Assembly: GCA_963664115.2 (NCBI GenBank)
Contig: CAXWPJ010000011.1
Coordinates: 1 to 64,000 of the forward strand
Origin: Terriglobia bacterium
GTDB lineage: Bacteria > Acidobacteriota > Terriglobia > 20CM-2-55-15
Reading direction: 5' to 3'
Length of the DNA stretch: 64,000 bases
Shown here piece by piece: positions 1-10,148 of this stretch; the stretch's first letter is position 1, and every line of letters begins with the position of its first letter. Both the position numbers and the translations under genes were made by a program. Under the pieces are notes generated by a model. That model was not told the origin of the DNA and made no database searches. It worked only from the letters and a program-made list of their open reading frames with translations.

Positions 1-891
1 ACCTGGATTCCGAAGATCACGTGTACCAGCCGCCCAACTCCCGCGGCTCTCAGGATCCCTACGATCTCGGCGCGCTGCTCCAGTCGGGGTTTGGAAGTCG
101 CGTCCGATCGCTCGAAGCCGGAACCGGGGGACCCGACCCGCTATTTCAGCCCGTGGGCGGCATGATGGAGATCCCTCTGGCGTTCCAGCGTGCTCTCGGC
201 GACCGGATCACACTGGAAGCCGAAGTGAAGACGATTCGCCAGACAGGCGATGGCGTTCGAGTAGTCTACCGAGAGACGAGAACCGGCACCGAGCGGGAGG
301 AGACCGCCGATTACTGCGTCTGCTGCCTGCCGATGGCCGTCATGAGAAGGAATCGACGCGAACCTGTCGGCCGAGATGACCCAAGCCGTGAATGACAGCC
401 GTCACAGTACGAGCGCCAAGATGGGATTGCAGATGAGGCGGCGCTTCTGGGAAGAGGACGAGGGGATCTTCGGTGGGCACCTTTGGACACGGAGTCTCCA
501 GCTCGGAGAGTTTTCCTACCCTTCGAACGACTTTTTTACCCAAAAGGGCGTTCTCCTCGGCTTTTACGGTAATGGCGAGATGGCGGATCTGGCGGACATG
601 CCTCTCGAGGCCCGAATTGATCACGTGCTTACCTATGCGGGCAAGGTGCATCCTCAGATGCGCGAAGAATTCGAGAGCGCATACTGTGTTTGGTGGGAAA
701 AAGTTCCGTACAGCCTGGGCGCCTACCACAGCACCCCGCGTGGAGCGCATCTGGAACAACTCAGCAAGGCCGATGGTCGGATCTATATGGGATGTGCGGG
801 CGCCAGTTCGCGTCCGGCGTGGCTCGAAGGCGCCATCCAAGCTGCCTGGAGGACGGTCGAAATGTTGCACGAGAGGGTAATGCAGGAATAG
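1..891 (+). pseudogene. Flavin monoamine oxidase / L-amino acid oxidase family, C-terminal part; 5' end outside window, frameshift near 345
   Basis: Two consecutive ORFs (QPVGGM...ADYCVCCLP, then AKMGLQ...AWLEGAIQAA) together form one amine oxidase C-terminus. Confidence 0.75.
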
Positions 892-1099
892 TCGCCACAG
901 TGTTCTTTCAGTTTTCGTAGAGCGTGCACTCTGGGCGCTCTGACGAGCCTACCTCCTCAGTTCGACTATCCGTTTTGGTTCGAATGCGACCTTCAACATT
1001 GCCGGATATACGCTGCGGGGCATAACTACAGTGATCTAGAACTCGATAGCAACGGAACATTCCGCAAATGCCAATTCTCAACGTCCGACAAGATGATCT

Positions 1100-1467
1100 A
1101 TGAAAGGGGATGTCAAGAGAAACAGCTCCCCGATGGCCGGCCAGGCGGACACTTTTGTCGTGACAGCCAGCCCCTCTACCGTTATGTGAAGCCCTGGTTC
1201 CGGCAATCCGCAGCGAAATCGTACATCTTTAAGACGGTCGATTCAGAAACTGAACAGCAGATGGGACGGCATGTGCCGACCATGGATCTATCTGAGCCTC
1301 GAAGGCTATCGCTGTTTCAGGTCGTGCGAGGGGGGATAGAGATTTAAAAGTGTCCTCTGGACGTATCCAGGGACCACATCTTGTGCAGATCCTCACCCTC
1401 GATCCTCAGTTGTTCCGACTCCGTCTAACGACTCAGTACGGCTCTACCGGTCACGGATCGAAACGGC
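1100..1467 (-). ncRNA. Predicted bridge/seek RNA in the downstream non-coding region of IS1111-A
   Basis: 370-bp non-coding region after the transposase; minus strand has ACAAGATG and TAAATC either side of a hairpin, matching the two target halves. Confidence 0.65.
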
Positions 1468-2532
1468 TTATGTTGTCATCCAGCTCAGTTTCTTTGGATC
1501 GAACGATTCTCCTTTCTTCCAAAGCGTCAGCACCAGCGCGGCGATCTTGCGGGCCAGAGTGACCCGCGCCATTTCCTCCCGCATCCCACGCATCTGGAGA
1601 CTCTCCAGATAAATCCGATACGGCTCGCTTTGTTTTCCCGATGCCGCGGCTGAGAAGAACACCGACTTCAATCGCCGGTTGCAGTTCGCATTCAATCCGC
1701 GCGTGGCCACCGGTTTCCTCCGTCGCACCACACGTCCACTCTGCATCTCATACTCCGCGCTCATGTGGGTCACCACACCCAGGCCACTGTAGCTCCAGAA
1801 CTGCGGTGTCGTGCGGAATCGGTACGGCGTGTCCACGATGGCGACGATCTGTGCCGCCCGAACCGGTCCCAGTTGTGGAATGGTCTCGAGCAGTTTCACC
1901 GCCTCATGGTGCCGGCCCTCCACTCGCACCGCTTTTCTGGATTGTTTCCGCAGCAACTGGACCTGGTCCAGTTCCGCATACAACCATCGGGCGCGCTGCC
2001 TCATCCCCGGCTCGGTCAGCTTCTCCAACCACTGTTCGCGCTGACTCGGCCGATAGACTCCGTCCTTCGGTGTCGGGATCCCCCGTCCCCGGTATATCGC
2101 TTTGATCCGCGACATCACCCGTTGCGTGTCCAACTGGAACGTGTCATAGGCCTGCACCAGTTGCTTCAATTCTCGCGTCGCTTCATGGCCGTGATACACC
2201 GAGCGCAACAGTCCCACCCGCAACAGCTCGGCCAGCTTCCGCGCATCCGGCTTATCCCCCTTCGACCCTTCTTGCATCCACTTGTTCTGTCGCGGATCGC
2301 ACACCACCACCTCGCTCACCCACGGCCGGATCACTTCCGATAACCAGCCCGCTTGCGTGGTCTCCTCCAACCCCACGTGCATCGGCCCACTCAATCCCTC
2401 CAGCAGCCGTGTGATACTCCCCGCCTCGGTTTCCACGATCGTTTCAAACACCAGTTTGCCGCTCCCGTCTCTCACCGCAACCACCGTCGTTGCCTGGTGC
2501 ACATCCATACCCATATACTTGTCTTGTTTCAT
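1468..2532 (-). CDS. IS110 family transposase/recombinase
   Basis: N-terminal GMDVH, E and DxxDA DEDD motifs; IPQLGP and YSGLG C-terminal motifs. Confidence 0.93.
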   Translation of the reverse strand: MKQDKYMGMDVHQATTVVAVRDGSGKLVFETIVETEAGSITRLLEGLSGPMHVGLEETTQAGWLSEVIRPWVSEVVVCDPRQNKWMQEGSKGDKPDARKLAELLRVGLLRSVYHGHEATRELKQLVQAYDTFQLDTQRVMSRIKAIYRGRGIPTPKDGVYRPSQREQWLEKLTEPGMRQRARWLYAELDQVQLLRKQSRKAVRVEGRHHEAVKLLETIPQLGPVRAAQIVAIVDTPYRFRTTPQFWSYSGLGVVTHMSAEYEMQSGRVVRRRKPVATRGLNANCNRRLKSVFFSAAASGKQSEPYRIYLESLQMRGMREEMARVTLARKIAALVLTLWKKGESFDPKKLSWMTT

Positions 2533-2804
2533 CTCGAACGCTCCTTTTCTGGGATCAACGCTGTATACGTTGATCAGGTTGTTGAGTGAGTCTTCTCTCA
2601 ACAACCCCCAGTCTAGGGGCGTCCTTTCATACTGCGATTTAACAGGACTTGAGAATGGATTTCGGAGATGGACAGGTCTGCCATCCGACTCTGTTGGGAT
2701 GGCATGATTCACGAGCCCATGCAGCGTTGACGTAGACAAAGATTGACATGCAGTACATTCTTCGTTTTCATGTGACCTACCTCAAGGGAATCGGAGGGAA
2801 AGAC

Positions 2805-3848
2805 ATGCTGGACCGAATTGCGACACGACGGAAACGGGTTAGAAGGAGGCTCCTCTTTGGTGGCCTTGCGATGGCTGGTGTCTTCTTTAGTTGGCCCGTC
2901 GTCGTGTCCGCTCACCATTCCGTTGCTGGTTACGTCGACGAAATCACTGAAGCGGTAGGCGAACTCGTGGCTTTAGAGTGGAGAAACCCACACATTAGGA
3001 TCGCTGTAAAAACGATGAATACCAACGGTGAGGAAGAGATTCGGATCATGCATGGAAATTCTATTTATAACTTGCAGCGCCAAGGTATAACCCAAGACTT
3101 GTTCACAATAGGCGAGCGTGTGAGGGTGGCCGGTAGGAGATCGAGTCGCGACGAGCTGGACTTTCTCGCCACCAACATTTTGTTTACAGATGGGCGTGAG
3201 GTATTGCTCTGGCCAACCCAGCCTCGATGGTCGGAAGAGATACTTGGCGGTCGAGATTTGTTGGCTGAACGTGGGCTGAACGGCGACGGTGAGGGAATTT
3301 TTCGCGTCTGGAGTGTTCCACGTGGACGTGCTCGTCGAGTAGTTACCCACCTGCCCTTTCAGGAATCCGCGATTGCTGCAAGGGAGTCATGGGACATGTT
3401 CGACAATTTCGCGATCCGTTGCGAACCGGAAGGCATGCCGAGAATCATGACCAATCCGCATCCTTTCGAGTTCATCGATCATCGGGATCAGATTACGCTG
3501 AGGACCGAGTTTTACGACATTGAGCGGACGATCCATCTGAATCGATCCGAGGCCCCTCCCAACGAACCCGCTTCAAGGCTGGGTTACTCGGTAGGAGAAT
3601 GGCAAGAGGGAACCCTGGTCGTTAGAACCAGTCGAATCAACTGGCCCTTCTTCGACACCATCGGTACGCCACAAAGCGAGGCAGTCGAAATCGTGGAACG
3701 GTTTACCGTGAGCAACGATCAGAGCCGCCTGGATTTCCAAATAACAGTAACTGACCCGCAAACCTTCACCGAACCCGCAACCATCGAGGGTTATTGGCTG
3801 GCTCTTGGAGATTCGATTCCGATCTACGATTGTCAAACGGATCAATGA
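2805..3848 (+). CDS. Secreted DUF6152-like protein
   Basis: Signal peptide then AHHS...WRNPH motif; long open ORF. Confidence 0.7.
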   Translation: MLDRIATRRKRVRRRLLFGGLAMAGVFFSWPVVVSAHHSVAGYVDEITEAVGELVALEWRNPHIRIAVKTMNTNGEEEIRIMHGNSIYNLQRQGITQDLFTIGERVRVAGRRSSRDELDFLATNILFTDGREVLLWPTQPRWSEEILGGRDLLAERGLNGDGEGIFRVWSVPRGRARRVVTHLPFQESAIAARESWDMFDNFAIRCEPEGMPRIMTNPHPFEFIDHRDQITLRTEFYDIERTIHLNRSEAPPNEPASRLGYSVGEWQEGTLVVRTSRINWPFFDTIGTPQSEAVEIVERFTVSNDQSRLDFQITVTDPQTFTEPATIEGYWLALGDSIPIYDCQTDQ

Positions 3849-3904
3849 TGGAGGTGGGCTGAGGTCACGGCTTCGTGAGGAGGGCCACTTAACCCCCTTT
3901 AGAA

Positions 3905-3944
3905 TTCTCAAGGTCCGAGAAGATGATTTATCAGGACTTGAAAA
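3905..3944. repeat. 40-bp palindromic repeat copy
   Basis: ttctcaaggtccgagaagatgatttatcaggacttgaaaa. Confidence 0.9.
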
Positions 3945-4028
3945 CAGATTTCAGGCTTTTGAGGGGATAGAACGCCGCTTCACGGCACCGGCAGTAGCGT
4001 GTCCGAAGGCTAGAGAATATCCGAAGCA

Positions 4029-5120
4029 TCAATCGGTCAGGAAGTGATACATGCCGAGGACGTTCTCGTCGACCCAATCGAAGTCCCCCCAGTGACTGTA
4101 CTCTTCCATCTTGATGTCTCGTTGCATGTCCTCCAGTGTCTGGCCCGAAGCGATGCCGGCGGCAACCTCGTCTCGGAGTGTTTCGAAGTACTCTCGCCAC
4201 GCTCTGACGTCTTCCCGGGTGCCCACCGGCCCGTGGCCTGTCGCAACGAACTCAAAGTCTGCCGCTAGCTCCTCCGTTTGACTGATAGCAGCCATCCACT
4301 CTTCGAACATCCCGAGTTCGTAGTCCATCTCCCTGTTCGGAAGCCGCCCGAACGAGACATAGTCGACGATCAACATCACGCTGTCGTCTGGAAAGGTGAT
4401 CATGCTCGAGTCCTTCGAGTGATTCATCTCGCCAACCCAGGTCAGGTTCACCCGTTTTCCGCCCAAGTTGATCTGAAACTCGTCTGTATAGGTGATATCA
4501 GGAGGACGCACAAAGCTAATTGGTCCGCGCACAACCTCCGCGCCGCTGAGCACGCCGTCCTCGTTCGCGTCGAATCCTTCGAACTGGCTCTGGCTCGAGC
4601 CGGCGAAGCGCTGGAGGTCCGCAGGTGTCTCACTTTCCTCAACCACTCCGTTGCCGTTGGTATCCAGCGCCGCCACGGGCTCGTACTGCCCAACGACTTG
4701 CGAGAGCGTGGTAGACGCTGGCGGCATCGCCAGGTACGAGAGCATGTTGGCATGACCCACAAACCGGGCCGTATCCGCGAAGACGTCCCCGCCGGAGGCA
4801 TGGTCCCAGTGGTAGTGGCTGTAGACGACGTATCTGACCGGGACCCCGAACCGAGCGGCGAACTCCTCCTTCAGCCACATCGAGAATTCAATGTTGATCG
4901 GATCCGCCAAGACGATGCCTTCCGGCGTGACCAGGAAGACGGTGCCGTGGTTGTTGCTCATAGCCCTGTAGACGCCGCCGGCGATGTGCTCAATCGTCCA
5001 TCGCGTTGCCTCGGTGGGCGACGAACGCCTCAACTCAGGCGTCTGGCCAAAGCCCCCTGACGCGAGCACCAGCGCTGCGACCAAAACCGCCAGAATCACG
5101 CTTGTCGTACTGCTACGCAT
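4029..5120 (-). CDS. Secreted metallo-beta-lactamase-fold hydrolase with inserted EF-hand-like loops
   Basis: SHYHWDH, HS and GHG motifs; DTNGNGVVEESE and DANEDGVLSGAE loops. Confidence 0.85.
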   Translation of the reverse strand: MRSSTTSVILAVLVAALVLASGGFGQTPELRRSSPTEATRWTIEHIAGGVYRAMSNNHGTVFLVTPEGIVLADPINIEFSMWLKEEFAARFGVPVRYVVYSHYHWDHASGGDVFADTARFVGHANMLSYLAMPPASTTLSQVVGQYEPVAALDTNGNGVVEESETPADLQRFAGSSQSQFEGFDANEDGVLSGAEVVRGPISFVRPPDITYTDEFQINLGGKRVNLTWVGEMNHSKDSSMITFPDDSVMLIVDYVSFGRLPNREMDYELGMFEEWMAAISQTEELAADFEFVATGHGPVGTREDVRAWREYFETLRDEVAAGIASGQTLEDMQRDIKMEEYSHWGDFDWVDENVLGMYHFLTD

Positions 5121-5445
5121 TCGCTTCTCCTTACTAGCATTTACTGGCCGCCTCGACTTCGGTTTGTTTATAGCGGAGAGTGACGGCAGTGAGGTACAGC
5201 CAGAACGTGAGGGCTAGAACGGCATACAGAGAATCCACATCGAGGCTTGTGAACGCACTTAGGAGCAGAGCTGCAACCCAAACAACGACTATGGCTTTAC
5301 GCATGCTTTCCACTGGCCACACCTCGGAGAAATCTTAGCACGCCTCACGCAACTCAACAGCGACTCCGCCCACCGCCTCGGTTCCAAGTTGTTGATTTTG
5401 GGGGATGACTCGGCAGGCTCGGTTGATGCCGGCCTAGGTTGTAAA

Positions 5446-5485
5446 AGTTCAACGTCCGAGAAGATGATTTCTCAGGACTTGACCA
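5446..5485. repeat. 40-bp palindromic repeat copy with mismatched outer arms
   Basis: ttcaacgtccgagaagatgatttctcaggacttgacc. Confidence 0.9.
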
Positions 5486-5494
5486 AGCAAATCT

Positions 5495-5905
5495 ACGACA
5501 CCGTCAGCGCTCTGATAGTTGTCAGACCCCGCTTGTTCCGCTTATCCGCTCAACATGGGCAAGTTCACCAACTGGCTGGACGCGGGGCGGGTCGTGCTGA
5601 ACACGTTCCGGCTGTACGCCGAGTTCAACGGCACGCTGACGCCCATCACCGACAACGAGGCGTTGCGGGTGGCAACCGACGAGTACAACGCCATCGTGCG
5701 GGCAAGGGCATGAACGGTCAGCCCATACGCCGGACCACACCTTCGATCAGCTCACCATCGTCTGCTTCGCAGCCCAGTGGGTGGCGATGACGTCTGTCTG
5801 CTGACTGACAGGAAGCACATGTGCACTCTGGTGAAAAAGTATCCTCGATCGATCAACTTGCCAATGCCAGCAGAAGCTATTGCGGGTCAAGGGACGCCGC
5901 GTAAG
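5495..5905. repeat. 411-bp segment duplicated in inverted orientation at 33479-33889
   Basis: Direct comparison; near-identical ORF translations at both sites. Confidence 0.9.
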
Positions 5906-6923
5906 CAACAAGGTACAGCAAGTCTTCCGTACTGAGATCGGCAACGACCGGCGTCATCAGCTCAGACCACAGTCCCTTACGCGTGCCCTGCTGCATGTCA
6001 TACAACGCCCGCATGAGGTAACTGGCAGACCGACCCGCGATTCCAGGCAAGGGGCCGAGACCCTTCAGACCTGGACCGTGACAGATACTGCACTGCCCGG
6101 CCTCGGCCAATGCCCTACCCTTCTCGACCGCACCAACCGGAACATAAGCGATCCAGCCGGACCTCGGATTACGGTGCACCTCTGCGTGCTCGATATTCTC
6201 CGGGGTTTCAACGATACGCAGCCCGATCGGTTCAGTGCCCGACGTAGCAGCAGTAGCCTGGCACTCCGTGAAGATGTCGATTTCACAGTCCACTGGGAGA
6301 TAAATGCCCCCCAGCGTGTAGCTCTCGAATACGGTGTCGGTCTCCACGACCCGGACCCATGGCCTCCAAGGCTGTGCGCCGAAGTACTCGGCAGCAGCAA
6401 CGATCTCCTCTTCGGTCATGTTCTTCGCGATTTGGGTCATCGTCCGAGCGTTGTTCTTTCTCGGTTCTGAGCTATTCCTCAGATCGTTGCGAAAATCGTC
6501 CATCTGCTGGATGAAATACGAAACCGGTAAGCCCGCGACGCCAGCGTTCTCCGGGCGCCCCTGCCCATTGGGGTAGTGACAAAGCGCACACGCCCGCACG
6601 ACAGCGCCCTCCTCTGCCGTCCGACCGTTCGCAACGATGTCAGGCATCGGCGTTGGATGGTCGTCGGGATACCAGTCGGCGGGAGAGCGACCGCGAATCT
6701 GGGTGGCCGTGAACGTCCGGTCAGTATCGGGCAAGCTGAAGACCGTCCCATCCTCTTCCGGACGGGGAGGACGCGGCCCCAATGGGATGCCATAGGCCCA
6801 ATCAGGTCGCTCAGTCTGCACCAATGCTTGGCCGTTAGCCGATTGCTCGCTCTGGGCGCTCAATACGCCAACAACAACCACGGGCATCGCCAACAAGACA
6901 ACGAAACCTAGAATTTTCTGCAT
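5877..6923 (-). CDS. Di-heme cytochrome c4-like protein
   Basis: CALCH and CSICH heme motifs; signal peptide. Confidence 0.88.
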   Translation of the reverse strand: MQKILGFVVLLAMPVVVVGVLSAQSEQSANGQALVQTERPDWAYGIPLGPRPPRPEEDGTVFSLPDTDRTFTATQIRGRSPADWYPDDHPTPMPDIVANGRTAEEGAVVRACALCHYPNGQGRPENAGVAGLPVSYFIQQMDDFRNDLRNSSEPRKNNARTMTQIAKNMTEEEIVAAAEYFGAQPWRPWVRVVETDTVFESYTLGGIYLPVDCEIDIFTECQATAATSGTEPIGLRIVETPENIEHAEVHRNPRSGWIAYVPVGAVEKGRALAEAGQCSICHGPGLKGLGPLPGIAGRSASYLMRALYDMQQGTRKGLWSELMTPVVADLSTEDLLYLVAYAASLDPQ

Positions 6924-7121
6924 GACGTCCCTCCCTCCTGCTACTCCTTGCTACACGGCACTCCGCAGAACCGCGACCGGCATTGACAGGTTGATCCTAG
7001 CACGGCCATCGAGTCCCGTCCGAAGTGTATCAGCCTCGTCCCGACCTTGCCGAGATCAGTCCCATGACCATGGCCCGTTCTCAACCCAAATTGCCTCGAT
7101 CGCATCAGGCACGGTCATCCA

Positions 7122-7385
7122 GGTACTGTCAACTTACGGGTCCAAAGGTCGAACCTGTGCCAGATCGGCGCCGCTCGATCAGCCTACCGAGACCGCATTC
7201 CAAGTCGCAAAGGAACGGGCCCGAAGCATCTGGTGGTGAACCGCTTTTAGTCTGTGCCTTCCCAACGGGAAAAGATTCAGAACGACACCGTGAACTGAGA
7301 GGAAGAGTTGCGCCTGCCGTGGCGACTTGAACCGTCGCATCTGTCGCTCCCGTTGTCGGGTCGGTTGGTGTGGCCGTGCGGGCAC
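7122..7385 (-). pseudogene. IS6-family remnant: transposase C-terminus plus terminal inverted repeat
   Basis: HQPTRQRERQMRRFKSPRQAQ motif; GGTACTGTCAACTT end at 7122-7135. Confidence 0.75.
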
Positions 7386-7504
7386 TTCAAATCTGAGGAT
7401 GTTGTGGACACTGTCCGGGGAGGTTGAGCGAGAAGCGTGAGGGTCCTGAGAACCCGTTGAAGCAGCAAACGAAAAGTCCGAGCGCCTTTAACAGCTCTTC
7501 GCGA

Positions 7505-7544
7505 AGGTCAATGTCCGAGAAGATGATTTATCAGGACTTTACCG
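7505..7544. repeat. 40-bp palindromic repeat copy (GGTCAA arm type), next to a kinase-tail repeat at about 7551-7600
   Basis: ggtcaatgtccgagaagatgatttatcaggactttacc. Confidence 0.85.
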
Positions 7545-7643
7545 CGAAAATCAGAGAATCGGCACCCGTTCTTTTAGTTCTTCAAACCAACGTCAGGCTG
7601 TTTTATACGTTCACGTTCGCAGCTCCAACGCTCACCTCGAAGA

Positions 7644-7865
7644 TTACGAATTCTTCTGGTATGGAGATACCTTCGCCGCACTGTAATCAGAGCGATGCCC
7701 GCATTCAGATTCGCTGCAGGTGAGAAACAGCTGTGCCAGCGGCTCGAACGGACCGCGTCCTTCGGTTCGATCCAGACCGAACAAAATCGGCGAGTGGCAT
7801 TTCGCACAAAGCACACTCAAGTACCATCGCTTCTCAGTCGATTTTGGAAATCGGGAAAACTGCAT
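7644..7865 (-). CDS. Small putative Zn-ribbon protein, paralog of 43743-43994
   Basis: RWYLxVLCxxCxSPILF...LTCxxxECG..DYS shared by both copies. Confidence 0.7.
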   Translation of the reverse strand: MQFSRFPKSTEKRWYLSVLCAKCHSPILFGLDRTEGRGPFEPLAQLFLTCSESECGHRSDYSAAKVSPYQKNS

Positions 7866-7890
7866 AAGCACACGGTTTTGGAGGATCGCG

Positions 7891-8142
7891 CAATTCTCAA
7901 CGTCCGACAAGATGATTTCTCAGGACTTGAGAATGATTTTCACCTCTTTTGCCGGCCCCGCCAGCTGCAGCGGCTTGTTAGGCCCCAAACGTGGACCTCG
8001 ACCACCCGTGGAGCCTGGAGCGCCAGCGGAAGGCCGTCCACTGCATCCCGTGTTAGGCAATATTATTTTGCCCAAACAAGTTCATTGAGAATCGATACTC
8101 TGAGTAGGGCATGGCTCCATCTGTCATATTCCGAGTATCCCC
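7891..8142 (-). pseudogene. Inverted duplicate of the GNAT unit 3' end (55272-55523), cut off by IS256
   Basis: 252 bp near-identical; one end at the repeat, the other at the IS256 inverted repeat. Confidence 0.88.
7894..7933. repeat. 40-bp palindromic repeat copy
   Basis: ttctcaacgtccgacaagatgatttctcaggacttgagaa. Confidence 0.92.
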
Positions 8143-9527
8143 GAGTTATAACCGAATCTGGTGTTTGAGGGATTGAATAAGAGCGGCGTATCTGGTTGAT
8201 TTGTTGTGACAAAACTTCAAAGCAACCATAGGAGATACGCCACTGTGAGCAAGAGTAACGTGAATGGACCGGAAGGTCGAGAAACGATTGAGGATCCAGT
8301 AACAGAACTACTACGAGTTGGGGCACAGCAACTGATCCAACGCGCAGTGGAAGCCGAATTGGCAGAGCTGCTATCCCAGCACGGTGGCCGGCGAACTGAG
8401 ACAGGAAACGCCGGGGTGGTACGCAACGGTTATCTGCCGGAACGCGAACTGCAGACGGGATTGGGTCCGGTAACAGTCCAAATCCCGAAGGTCCGTGCCA
8501 AGACGGGCGAAGCTGTGACGTTCCGATCGGCCCTGGTACCACCGTACATTCGGAAGACGAAGTCGCTGGAAGCAGCGGTGCCGTGGTTGTATTTGAAAGG
8601 CGTTTCCAGCGGCGAGATGGGTGAGGCCCTAAAAGTTCTTGTCGGTCCCCAGGCGCAGGGTCTGTCGGCGAGCACGGTATCGCGGTTGAAACAGGTTTGG
8701 GGCGAACAGTACCGCCTCGGATGCGAGGAGCGTTTGGATGCAGATCGCTGGGTCTATGTCTGGGCCGACGGCATCTACAGCGGACTTCGGGCGGAACAAA
8801 CCAAGTTGTGTGCATTGGTCGTGATCGGCGTGAATGAACGCGGAGAGAAGCGTTTCCTGGCGATCGAAGACGGTGTACGGGAATCGACACAGAGTTGGCG
8901 CGAGGTCTTGTTGAAGCTGAAGTCCCGTGGGATGAATGTTCCGAAGTTGGCCATCGGTGACGGTGCGATGGGGTTCTGGGCCGCACTGGAGGAAATCTAT
9001 CCCGAGACACGTCAACAACGTTGCTGGATGCACAAAGTCATGAACGTCCTCAACTGCCTGCCCAAGTCGGTCCAGGCGAAGGCGAAACAGGCCCTGCACT
9101 CGATCTGGCAGGCCGAGACGAAGGCAGACGCCGAGAAGGCATTCGACTTGTTCATTGAAACCTATGAACCGAAGTATCCGAAAGCCACACTCTGCCTGCA
9201 GAAAGACAGAGAGGAACTGCTGGCCTTTTACGACTTTCCGGCCAAGCACTGGCAGAGCATCAGAACGACGAATCCCATTGAGTCGACCTTTGCCACCATT
9301 CGACACCGAACGAAGCGATCCAGAGGTTGCCTGACACGGGATGGCATGCTGCACATGATGTTCAAACTGGGCCAGTGCGCTGAGAACAATTGGCGACGAT
9401 TACGAGGATTCGATGATCTGAGCAAGGTAATCATCGGAGTGAAATTCAACGATGGTGTCGAAGCGACACAAGTCGATCAGGCCGCCGCTTGAATCAATCT
9501 CCTAAACACCACTTTTGACAATAACTC
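8143..9527 (+). mobile_element. IS256 family copy 1 (transposase 8206-9492), no target duplication
   Basis: GAGTTAT... terminal inverted repeats; Mutator-type DDE motifs (WADG, IGDG, QRCWMH, TNPIES). Confidence 0.95.
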
Positions 9528-10134
9528 AAGCCTTTGTCCCAGGACTCTCTAAGTGGTTGGCATAAATCTCGCTGAGAGAGCGAAAGGGTCGACCTGTGAG
9601 TAATCCGTATCTGAGCCATAACATGTATCCAACGAGTGAGTACTTGTGGTAAATCATGACTCTTGCTATTCCCCCGGGGCGGAGTACACGGTAAATCTCA
9701 CCGAAAGCTTTTGGAGTATCAGGCGTGTGGTGCAGGACGCCCCACGAGTAGACCAGATCAAACGTGTCATCGTCGAACGGTAACTCTTCAGCATCCGCTA
9801 CTCTGACGTCGGATCTTAATCCATACACAGCCAATCGTTTCCCGGTGTGCGCCACAGCCCGTTCAGTAAAATCGATTCCCGAGAGCGTTTTGGGATCTGA
9901 TTTTGCCCATTCGACATGGTCTGCGCCCATGCCAACCCCAAGCTCTAAAACGTCTCTGTTGTTCCCTTCATAGAATCTTGCGAAATCGAAAATGTATGGC
10001 TCCAGCTCATATCTCGTTTTCGCATGTGAGTCGTAGTACTCCCTTTCAGATGGTCCAACGGCATATATTTCACCGCAGCTTATTTCGTTCCAGAACTCTC
10101 TTACCCTGGTTTTAAGTTTGGTTTCGGGAGTCAC
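9528..10134 (-). pseudogene. Class I SAM methyltransferase, 3'-truncated by IS256
   Basis: VLELGVGMG motif; DAEELPF; ORF stops at the IS end. Confidence 0.8.
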
Positions 10135-10148
10135 TCAAAATTCTCCTG

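Larger units (their letters stand above)
1098..2638 (-). mobile_element. IS110 family, IS1111 type, element A copy 1, inserted in a palindromic repeat
   Basis: Subterminal inverted repeats TATGAAAGG/CCTTTCATA; GAT core at both junctions; near-identical to 28969-30509; flanks rejoin into one repeat copy. Confidence 0.92.

Noticed and set aside
330-400. Programmed frameshifting in the amine oxidase or patatin genes
   Set aside because: No slippery site is evident; decay or sequencing indels are simpler explanations
1093-1562. 84-aa and 70-aa ORFs at the IS110 end, repeated at 28814-29433
   Set aside because: They lie antisense to the predicted bridge RNA region and have no recognisable protein motifs
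5389-5790. Recurring peptide 'STSEKMISQDL' in several short ORFs
   Set aside because: It is the translation of the DNA palindrome, not a protein family
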